A stretch of 64,000 bases of DNA from the NCBI GenBank assembly GCA_023920165.1, contig CP089275.1, forward strand, positions 1,984,001 through 2,048,000, read 5' to 3'. Positions 24,957-35,345 of the stretch are shown piece after piece. The notes under the pieces are model-generated. The model ran no database searches and was not told where the DNA came from. It worked only from the letters and a program-made list of their open reading frames with translations. Both the position numbers and the translations under genes were made by a program. Source of the stretch: Curvularia clavata. Taxonomy: Eukaryota. Every line of letters begins with the position of its first letter. Within the stretch, counting starts at the first letter, position 1.

Positions 24957-25625
24957 TCATCTCGACATGTCGGTCACTGAGTCTGCCCTAGCTCTTGACT
25001 TTGACCTGGTCGATGACCTGCGGCGCTCGGCGCCATCCTTTGCTTTTCTGGTTTTTGCGCGACGAAGGACCGGGACCTCGTCTTCTTCTGATTCATCCAC
25101 AGTAAAGAGATCTGGACTGGGCTCTCGCCAAGAGTGGCGATGGCCGGATAGTGTGCGTGAGTAGCGGCGACGGTTCTGTTGCTTGCGGGCAGCAAGGTCC
25201 TGGGCACGACCTCGACCTAGGTCGGCAATGCTGGACCTAGGAGGGCTGAGCTGAGACACAACATGCGGGGTATCGTTGAGGCGCTCGTCATCAAGACCCA
25301 TGAAGGACTCCTCGTCCTCCTCGTAGATGGTTGGCACATGATAGACGTTGTGCAACTGGGCGTGGTTCTGCTTGACGTAGCGCGTCCACCTGTTGGCGAC
25401 GTTGGACCTGAACTTGGCCGTCTTTGCGGTGCGTGGGCCCTCGTCGGCGTCGATGCCCGCACTCAGAGACAGCTCATAGGGGTCCTCGGCGTCCGAGATG
25501 GGCGTGATGAAGTGGGCAAAAGGGTCCTCGTCAATGTCGGGGAGATGGCTTGACGAGTCGTCATCATTCTCAACCCAGGGCGGGAAGGAGTAGGCGCGGG
25601 GATTGGCGCGGAGATAGGAAGGCAT
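24957..25625 (-). CDS. Hypothetical protein, 222 aa
   Basis: Intronless ORF with coding-like GC3 and a good start context; motifs DIDEDPFAHFITP and RHSWREPSPDLFTVDE; no recognised domain. Confidence 0.7.
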   Translation of the reverse strand: MPSYLRANPRAYSFPPWVENDDDSSSHLPDIDEDPFAHFITPISDAEDPYELSLSAGIDADEGPRTAKTAKFRSNVANRWTRYVKQNHAQLHNVYHVPTIYEEDEESFMGLDDERLNDTPHVVSQLSPPRSSIADLGRGRAQDLAARKQQNRRRYSRTLSGHRHSWREPSPDLFTVDESEEDEVPVLRRAKTRKAKDGAERRRSSTRSKSRARADSVTDMSR

Positions 25626-26899
25626 GGCGGATATGGTATTCTTGATGGCGCGGAAGAGGCAGGCGAAGCGGACGGGTAGTGGGGGCTTTGAACTTTTTTC
25701 AACCTTGACTAAGGCAACGTGACAGAGAATCTTGTCCTCCCGGCTCCCTGCCGGTCGTTACAAAGCAGCGGGCGAGCACTCGTTGGTAGAGGGCTCAGGG
25801 CTGGGGAGAGCAAGAGCTTGTTCTTGTACTTGGGGCCAGGTGGGGTGGCACACGCAAGGTAATATATGCGTGACTCGGACGCACGTCTTGGGAAGAGTCA
25901 CAGGAAGGCTGAGCGGCAGTGGAGCCTGGAAGTGAGACAATGGTGGTGGTGATGGTGGTGGTGATGCCTGGGGGACTGCTGACTGGGAAGGGGGAAAGAG
26001 GTATTAGTATTGAATCCCCGTTGTATTTCCTCCGCAAGATTGCCGGGTGTTGATGGGCATGTTCTGGAGGAATCGTGGAGTACTTATGTTGACAGGGCGC
26101 TCAGTGGTGCCGCAAGAGTCGCCCTGCAGACGCAGTGCATATGCCTGGGTGGTGCATTAGCGTGGGTGTGGGTGAGAAGCTTAGTGCAGCGTGAACAGAA
26201 AAGGCAAGGATGCCAGGGCGTGGGTGAAAGAGTGACAGGTGGGATGCATGGCTGACGGGCCACATGAGATGGTTGGTGGCACACCATCGCGGTGAGGGAT
26301 GACCTGCAGCTCGCACGCGCGCATTGGCCACTCGATGTTGCGGACACGACGGCCGTTAATGCACCACTGTCGATCGCGATGCCGACGCCGACCCGCTACA
26401 GCTGCTGCTACGGCGCGACACTGCCCAGTGCGATCGTACACAATGTATACTCTCCCAGTGGGCCCACAGCACAAACCGACGCACTACAAAGTCACGATCC
26501 GGCGCTATCGGCGGGGCCTCTTCCCACACGATGCCATCACCATACTACACCACACACACACCAGATCCACTCAGCCTCACTCAACCTTGCCTGCTTCGGC
26601 CCTGCAACACACCCTCCTGGGCAAGCTGACTACTGCTCTGCTAACACCACGCGTCCTCCGTCCCCCTCCGCCAGCATGACGAGGCTGTCTGCGTGAACCT
26701 TCGTTCGGTGCCTGCAGCCGACGACACCACCACCACCACCCTCCTCCTCCTCCCATCACGCCGCCAGTCACGGCGCGCCCTGGCAATATTTCCTCCAAGC
26801 CATGGTGCTTCTGGTTTCAGCCAAGTGCATCCTTCAGCTGATGCGGCTCCAATACACCATGTCCACCACGCCCACCACTTGACCTCTTATTGTCATGAC

Positions 26900-28780
26900 G
26901 TTCGCCATACGCTCCCGGGTCCAAAGTAGCCGTTTACTAAGACGACGCCCATATGATACTGACATGCTGGGATAACGCGGCTCTCCCCTCCCTCAGCTCC
27001 ACTCCCAACCAACCAATCTTGGTACACATTTCTGTCTATTCCTGCATTTTTCTACCCACTCGGCCTCGTGCCGGCCTTACTTTTCTTAGGTTCCCTCGCG
27101 ACCTCACACCCATCTGCCCGCATGCAGCGCAATGGGGCCGTCGGGCACCTCACAAGTGCCAAACACTGACCACCACTACGTCACCACCAAACCTGTTCCT
27201 CTACACGATCCGACTGTTGCCATCAACTTTTTTTTCCTTCACGCCTACCCAGTCCATGCGTCGTCGTTAAACGCGCCAGACTAAATTGTGGCTCAATACA
27301 TAGTACTTGACTCAGCAATTCATCTCACGTATTCCCATGTCACCTGGACCCTGATACCGCCTGACGGGGGCGCGCCATCGCCTATTCCAGGAACTTTGAT
27401 TTTCAAGCCTTTCCACTCGCTTGCTTAGACGATCAAAGGAGGCCTGAAGATCTTACCGTCAGCTTTGCACTTTGAGCGCCTCTGCGGCCTCCCCGGCTCT
27501 GATGGCGTTGCGAAGCGGGCGAATCCCAGCTGTGGGCGGCTCGGCAGGTAGAATCGACAAGACACTAACCTCCTTTCAACAAAATGGCACGCGCGACAAT
27601 CACGGCTACACATGGATTGGTGTAGTTCAAATGTTAAACTTGATTGCGGCGCTGGGATTGGACCATGCCAAAAACAAAAACAAAGGCTCCGCTGAAAACA
27701 GCAGAGACAGGTAATCCCGATAGGGAAGCAGCCTTCTTCCTTGTTGCTTTTGTAATTGGCATATCTTTCCGCTGCTTACATTCGTGCCCTACACCAGCCT
27801 CCTCGAACAATCACATGTCGCTGCCACTGTCTCCGTTGCACGTCTTGCTACTTTTCAGGAGCCCCTGGTTACTACTTCGGGTGGACTATGCTTTTACAAA
27901 CCGTGACTTTTTGCTTTTGCACGCTAGACGTCTAGTTTACATGAATCGGCCGATTGATTCAAACGTCCATCTGCCGTCAGGCACAATCCAGCGGTATTGG
28001 CGGAGATTACGAACGCTAATCGCCCTCCTGTCCTTCAACACGCTTGAGGTAGCACATCTCCCAAAAACTTTCACCGCCCTACACCGCCCTTTGCGCGTCA
28101 AATTCACGATACGATCGTCGCCCCGCGTTCGGGAGCTAATCGTTGCTAGCCTATAATGGAGGGCAGGGTCTCCCAACCTTCCAGGCGGCTACTCGACGAC
28201 ATCAAAAACACCATGCCAGTGGGTCTGCTTACTTGTAATCCCTATTTCAAGTTTTTGGGAATAACTCGGACTAGTCTCCGCTCCATAGTGTGCGATCCGG
28301 CTCCTTTATGACATCTTGGCCTGCATTTGGTCGGAGCATCGTCATTGGTCGCATGTTTCTATGAGGCGCTCACCGCCGTGTGGTTATCACCACCAAACAC
28401 CGGCAGCAGATGCCGGACTCGACACACATGCCGACATACCCAGTCTCTTGCATCTTCGGGTACAATTCCCAACGACTATGCAGGAAGCAGCTCTGCGGGG
28501 TAGAGTGCATGATACTACTGTAACGAGTTCCTACTTCGGTAAAAGCGCAACAGAACAACTTGCAAGACAATTTTAGATCGTCGCTTCTACAATTCTCCGC
28601 GGATGCGCGCGCGTACTTACTGCCCGACTCTTTGACCAACACCTTGTGAGGACCTGATGGGGCTTTCACCGACTACGTCACTCTGCCCTTCGTCTGGGTC
28701 CCGCAATGCAGTTGGCGGCAAGCGCTCAGGCACCCGACTACTACCAGCTTCACTATCCTAACGAGGGTTTTTTTTCTTAC
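26900..28780 (+). ncRNA. Candidate large structured non-coding RNA
   Basis: No credible ORF; many nested complementary helices, G-U extensions that pair only on the + strand, and CTTCGG motifs (see findings). Boundaries are approximate. Confidence 0.45.
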
Positions 28781-29565
28781 ATCGTGAACAAGACAAACAC
28801 CATCACGCGCTAGCACCGAATGACATGCGTCAGAAAGTAGTTCCCGAACCACACGATCTGTTCCTCAACAATCGGAAACAAGACACTGACGATCGTGTAC
28901 GATCGGATGCTTGCCTCGCTTGTGCACATGGAGGTGTAGGTTGTCGCAGAAATTTTTTCTTCATGCCCAACCCGCCAACCAACGACGACTGCGGGGGGGG
29001 GCAAAGGAGATCAAGATCGAAGATGATGTCGCATGAAAAAAAGCAAGCAGTTGTTGTCGTTTGACCAAAACCTTTGCTTGGCGCATATATCAATATCGAC
29101 CATGGTGTCTCAGCGAAGGAAGTGCTTGAAGTGGTGGGGAGCCGTGATGGTTGAGCTAACACCACGGCATCTTTCTATCCATGTATAACACCAGAGCGTT
29201 AGTCTCTTACTTTGTGTGTGTGAGTGTGTATGGGTGTCACTCTTTCCCAACAAGGGGTAGAGCAAGCCAGCACAGAGTACGCGCGTACAGAACCACATAA
29301 CTGTTGAACATCTAGACTTTGCGCCTGTGTTTTGTGGTGTTTCTTTTTTCCCCTCAAGTTTCAGAAAAACGTTGATTATGACTATTCCAAATGGAAAATG
29401 CTCCATACACACACACACCATTTGACGCCAGATCTGCCATACCCTCCATCTTCCTACTCATCCCACCCACACCCCTCCTTCTCTGCTGTAGAACATTTTT
29501 AGTAAAACGCCGCGAACCATGGGTATATTCATCAGAAAGGCAACAAGGGGATAAGGGGGGGTTAG

Positions 29566-31771
29566 CTACGACGGAATGCCGATCTCATAGCCGAGCATGA
29601 CCTCTGTCGAGGCGCCTTCCCAGCCCCGAGTGCCACCTGTAGATATCAAAAAGTTGCACGCCGGGTCGAGGTAGAGTTGCGAAATGACGCCTGTACGGTG
29701 GCCTGGGACAATGAGGAACGGGGTCGCGGAGGCGCCGGTTTTGGTGCCGGACGTCTCGTCGTGCGTGAGATCATACAGACGGAGAATGTCGTAGGAGGCG
29801 CTATTGGTGAGTATTTCATTAGCACGTGTGTGAATACCTCTTGAAAATACGAACGACAAGGTGGACATGTGACAGCGCATAGCGGGTCTTCTGTTGTTTA
29901 AGAGGGGCTCATTCTTTGGACTTACCAAACGAGGTGTTTCCCATTGGGCATAGCACGCACGGCACTCACGGGACCACTGACACTCGGGAATCTGAATGTG
30001 CGTCTTGGTTCGCGCAGGCTCTTGTGGAGACTGTATTCGTCTACGGTGCCGTTTCTCCGGCCGGCATAGATGAAGTTGCCGTCAGGTGACCAGCACGTAT
30101 TCATGCACCATGGAGGCGTGTTGCGCGGCGGTGTTATACGTGCGACAGGGTTCGGCTGCCGCCTGTCCCAGATGCGCAGTATACCGTCGATAGAGGCATC
30201 GACAAAGGTTGTTTCGGATGAAGCTGGCTGTTCCGTCTGGTTGGCTGATGGGTTGGCAGGTTGCTCCGTGTCTTCGGCATGGGGTAGCCCGTTGGCGGTG
30301 CCATTTGCTTGTGAGTCGGCTACTCCGTTCGTATCTGGCTGAGTCTCAGTGGCTGTTGTAGAATCTTTTGCACCTTCACCGGCAGGCTCCTGAGGTTCCT
30401 GAACAGGGCCGCCTAGGTCCATCATGTCCAGGTCGGCATTGGCATCCTCATCTGCCTGCTGTATGCCGTTTGCTATGGCTCTTGAAAACTCGTCGTCGTC
30501 GTCCCCAAATGAAGGTAGAGTTGCTGATAAATTATTCTCCTGACCGCCATCTCCAAACAACGAGTCCTGGTCCTTGTCGCCAAACAGAGAGTCGTCTGGA
30601 GAGCCCTGGGCATCTTCAGTACCCTCCTCTTTCACTACGGGTTTCGTGTCGATGCCGTTGGGAATGCTTCCGCTGGCTCTAGGCCGGGCGGCATTGTTGG
30701 AAGAAAAGGTGCCATTCGCCAGGGGGAGAGTTTCAGTGTCCTGAGGTATAGGCACCGTAGACATTGGTCGCTGCTCGATCGCAGCGATTTGACTGCCGCT
30801 TGTTTCAAACTTCCTCTTGACTTGGCCAGTGTTTAGATCCCAGTCGTTGATGGTCTTGTCCCAGCTACCACTGAGTACCGACTTCTCATCTTGCGCTAGT
30901 GTCAAGACTGACACAGCCGAGGTGTGGTTCCTCAACGTGTGGATTCTGGTTCCTTCTTGATGTCGCACTGACTGCAGATTGATACCTCCCGAGTCCAGGC
31001 CTGAGAGCAGCCACAAAGCCTGGTGGTGCACTGCGAGTGAGTAGACTGGCGACAGAGTCTCAGCCCCGCCTGTATTGTCTTCATTTTCCCAGTACGACAG
31101 TAAGACACCTGCCTTTGTGACCGAGTCAACAAAAGGATGTCGTTGGGCGACTGTGAGAGCAAGCTTTCCGTTGGCGGTATCTACCCAGTTGAACTTCCGT
31201 ATATAACCATCTGTACCTCCAGTAAAGACCCATCGCATGTCGGGCGTTGCGGTAATCGCGTTTATGGAAGTACTGTGTGGCGCCGCAATCGTAGGAATAA
31301 TGTCGTAGACGGGCGCATTCAAAGCCTCTTGTCGCACGCTTGGTCGAAAAGGGAGATTGCCCAGTACACCCGTTGCTGCAGCAGCATGGGGACTCGGTGA
31401 TGTGAACGTCACCGCTGGATTGCCGTCTCCTTGCCCAGGGGTGCCGCGTGGACGCTGTGAAGGGCTGTCTGGCTCATCTTGGTCTTGTTCTTGGTCCTGG
31501 TCCTGGTCCTGGTCCTGATCTTGGTCCTGATCCTGGTCTTGATCTTGATCTTCGTCGTCATTGTCGTTGTCTCCTTCGGCGTCGTCGTCGTCGTTGTCAC
31601 CGTCATCTGCGTCGTCGGCATCTTCCTCCTCGTCTACGTCCATGGCATCATTGTCATCCTGCTCGTCCTCGTCCTCGGCGGAACCTACGCGAGCGGTCAG
31701 CGGGAGAGCTCTGGAAGGTGCTTGTGGGTGCAATTACTGGCGCCATTCTCGTAGTCATCCTCGTCGTTCAT
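29566..31771 (-). CDS. SPT8: SAGA subunit Spt8 (acidic N-terminus, WD40), 3 exons
   Basis: YDIIPTIAAPHSTSINA, GKLALTVAQRHPFVDSV, SPVYSLAVH, PPWCMNTCWSPDG..GRRNG, ASYDILRLYD, GTRGWEG; introns 31685-31737 and 29801-29925. Confidence 0.93.
31481..31555 (-). repeat. Coding hexamer repeat encoding (DQ)n in the Spt8 acidic N-terminus
   Basis: Tandem GACCAG/GATCAA-type units; the translation reads DQDQDQDQDQDQDQDQDQEQDQD. Confidence 0.85.
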
Positions 31772-32622
31772 TATGCGCCCATGAAATCAGGCCTTATTTA
31801 CTCTTGGTCAATCCGTAGACTGTGTTGTCGTCGCACATGCGATGCGCCCGACGTTCGCGTTGAGGGACATGGATGAGGCTCGGCCTCGCGCGTCATGTCG
31901 GGGAACGCGCGTGCGCCACACCATACTAGCCACACTCGACTCAAACAACAATCTCAAGTAGAATTGTGAGTTTTCATACTCAAAGAACTCGGGCAACATG
32001 TCCCTCCCTTGAGAAGTAGTCACTGCTCACTTAGGCAACTGCCTTGGTGCATGGTGCGCATCCACAGCCGATCCATGATAGAAGCTTGCTACATATACAT
32101 TATGACAAGTGTCTCCTGCGAACAATGGCTCTTCCATGATCGAGATGTTGCGAATATAGGAGAAACATAGAGTGCAGGCAGATCACGAAAGACAGAAGCA
32201 TGACTCAAGCCACTACAAAAGCTACACTGGTATATGGGTTAGAAATGACGCAACTGGGGCAATGCCACGGACATAGGCGGCCATTGCGATGGTGGGGAGG
32301 ACATGTGGCTTGGCCCATGCTCCAACCTCGCTGCTGAATCAGAAACGCCTTTGATACAACACAAGCCTCGAAATCTACATTCGCCGCGATAGAATACCTT
32401 GGGAGAGAGAGACAGCTGTCTTCTAGTCGTACCCCCTGCGCAACGCCGACTGTAATCGCAGCGATCGCATCATCTCCATCTCTATCTCCATACCTATTGC
32501 AGTAGCCTGGCCCCTCGCAACCTCTTAGGTCGCTATTACTGCTGCCTTCGCAGAGAAAATACGTGGTCACAACAACGTTACCTACTTAAAGCATTCACTC
32601 GATCCTCCCTCCGCCTACCAAA

Positions 32623-35345
32623 ATGTTCAACCGAGATAGAGTTCCTGGTCTTCCAGGAAGCTCTCCGCGACCTCCACAGCGCAACGACGGATACGGACAA
32701 CCACCGCCACCCCAACAACAGCCTCCGCGTGGCTACGATCCTAGAATGGGAGGAGGCTATGAGAACCGGCCAGCGCCAGGATATGGTGCGCCGCCACCTG
32801 GTGCCCAGCGTATGCCTGCAAGAGCGCCCCAGGGAGGTGGAGGCGGCGGACCTGCGAGACAATTGAGGCCCATCAAAAGCCCCGGAGGCAATGCATATGC
32901 CTTTGGTAACTTGTATGTACTCACTGGGCGCTCTCAAAACCACATCTTGTCCTATGAGTTTATGGATATACCATATCATATCGAGACTGTCCAATGTTGT
33001 AGTGTTAAACGATTCTAACAAATATGCAGGGTCGCGGTATCGCCTCAGGACTTCCAACCAAACCCTGATGGCTCCGACATCTACATTCTCCTGAACGGGA
33101 ACTTCGCTCTCTCTGCGCGACCTACGCAAGGCTGCCAACCAGGAGAAATTGGTCTTACCGACGCACAAAGAACATGGGCCGGAGTATCACTTGGCCCTCA
33201 GGAGGTCGTTATGGTAGAGCCATACGATCACTTTAGTCACAGCCAGGGAAAATCTTACCTAGGACAAGTCGAGGTCGAAGTCGGTTTTGCGGCTAGGAAA
33301 ACTACAGATACCCCATATGACCAGGATGAGCTGGCAACATTCTTCAAGAAGAGCTTCGAGAACCAAATTCTGGCCCCTGGTCAGCAGTTGCTCCTCGACG
33401 TCAAAAATATACCCCTCAGGATGAACGTACGGACAGTGCAGCTTGCAGACCTGTCCATGGAGAAGGAAGGGGGTGATATGCCCTCCATCACTGATCCGCG
33501 AGCCCGTGGCATCCTCACAAGACATACTCAGATTGACTTCTTCAAGGACGCCCGGTCAGATGTCAAGCTGAAAGCATCGGCAAGGCGGGCAGCAGCAAAT
33601 TCTATCATTCAGCCAGGATTCAAGTTTGAAGACATGGGCATTGGTGGTCTGGATACCGAATTTAGTGCCATCTTTCGAAGAGCTTTCGCTTCGCGCATCT
33701 TTCCTCCTGGTATCGTGGAGAGGTTGGGTATCAACCACGTTCGTGGTCTGCTCTTGTACGGTCCCCCTGGAACTGGCAAAACCCTCATGGCAAGACAAAT
33801 CGGAAAGATGCTCAATGCCCGTGAGCCCAAGGTCATCAACGGTCCAGAAGTACTGAACAAGTATGTCGGAGCGTCCGAGGAGAACATTCGAAAGATGTTC
33901 GCAGACGCCGAGAAAGAGCAGAAGGAAAAGGGTGACGAAAGTGGACTTCATATCATCATTTTCGACGAACTTGACGCCGTCTGTAAGCAAAGAGGATCTG
34001 GCAGCGGCGGCGGTACTGGTGTAGGCGACAGTGTCGTCAACCAGTTGCTGTCAAAGTTGGATGGTGTGGAGCAGCTGAACAACATCCTCCTCATTGGTAT
34101 GACGAACCGAATGGACATGATTGACGAGGCCCTTCTGCGTCCTGGTCGTCTTGAGGTGCATTTGGAAATCTCCCTACCAGATGAATCCGGTCGCGCCCAG
34201 ATTCTCAAGATCCATACAACGAAGATGCGAAAGAACAATGTCTTGGAATCAGATGTTGACGTTGAAGAGCTTGCGAAACTCACAAAGAACTTTTCAGGAG
34301 CCGAACTGAATGGTCTAGTCAAGGCAGCAACCTCATACGCTTTTGGTCGTCACCTTCAGGGTGGTACCACAGTCAAGGCGGATGTCGAGAACATGAGGGT
34401 CATGCGTCAGGACTTCATAACCGCACTTGACGATGTAAAGCCACTGTTTGGTGTTGCTGAAGAAGAGCTTGGCAAGCGATTGACACACGGCATTATCCAC
34501 TTTTCACCCTTTATCAGAGATATCTTGGAAGATGGACGTCTGTATATTAACCAGGTCAGGAAATCAGAGTCAACTCCACTGCTGTCTGTCCTTTTACATG
34601 GGCCACCTGGTTCTGGAAAGACAGCTTTGGCTGCCAAGATGGCAATGGATTCGGGCTACCCATTCATTAAGTTGATCTCAGCCGAAGACATGATTGGCTT
34701 CAGTGAGATGCAAAAGGTGCAGCAGCTCGACAAGACATTCCGGGATGCTTACAAGAGTCCGTTGAGTATTATCGTTATTGATTCCATCGAATTGCTGTTG
34801 GACTGGGTTCCGATTGGTCCGAGATTCAGTAACACTGTGTTGGCTGCATTGAAGGTGCTTCTCAAGAAGCAACCACCAAAGGTACGTGGTTCCCCATTTC
34901 ATCATAACAAAGTAGGCCCTATTGCTGGGCTGGGCTAGTGTAGCGTCGTAGGCGCTTAATTTTTGGAATAGAGCGGTGCGTTTGTCAGGGAATTGTATCA
35001 AGCTAACAAATTCAGGATCGCCGCCTACTGATCTTCGCGACAACCACCGCACGCTCGGTACTCACTCAGCTGGAGCTCTATTCCCGATTTAATGCCGAGA
35101 TTGCCGTACCCAATGTCAATACCCAGAACGAACTTGCGACTGTCCTGCGAGAATCTGGCGCCTTCTCGGATTTCGACCAGCAGCGCGCCATCGCCGAGAT
35201 TGAAGAGATTACCGGAAGCAGGGAAATCGGGGTGGGTATCAACAACATCCTCACAAGTATCGAGACCGCGAAGCAGGACCAGGACGTGCCTGGCCGCTTC
35301 GCCCGGCTCATGTCCAGTGCAATTGCAGCAAACAAGTCCCTGTAG
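32623..35345 (+). CDS. SEC18: Vesicle-fusion ATPase Sec18/NSF, 3 exons
   Basis: D1 GPPGTGKT, IIFDELDA, ALLRPGRLEV; D2 GPPGSGKT; introns 32913-33029 and 34882-35015. Confidence 0.96.

Noticed and set aside
26292..28576. ORFs of 78-170 aa in the candidate RNA region (e.g. 27644-28156)
   Set aside because: Mostly non-ATG starts, no coding-like composition or domain, and no consistent splice model.
27856..28670. RNase MRP/P-like P4 (GAGCCCC with ATGGGGCTT)
   Set aside because: The conserved CR-I (GGAAAGTCCCC/GGGAAATTC) context is absent, and GAGCC pairs better locally.
26900..28780. Telomerase RNA identity for the structured region
   Set aside because: No 1.5-repeat template (TAACCCTAA/CTAACCCTAA) on either strand; only partial CTAACC (27565), GACCCTGA (27347) and CTATCCTAAC (28753). 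No recognisable P6.1.
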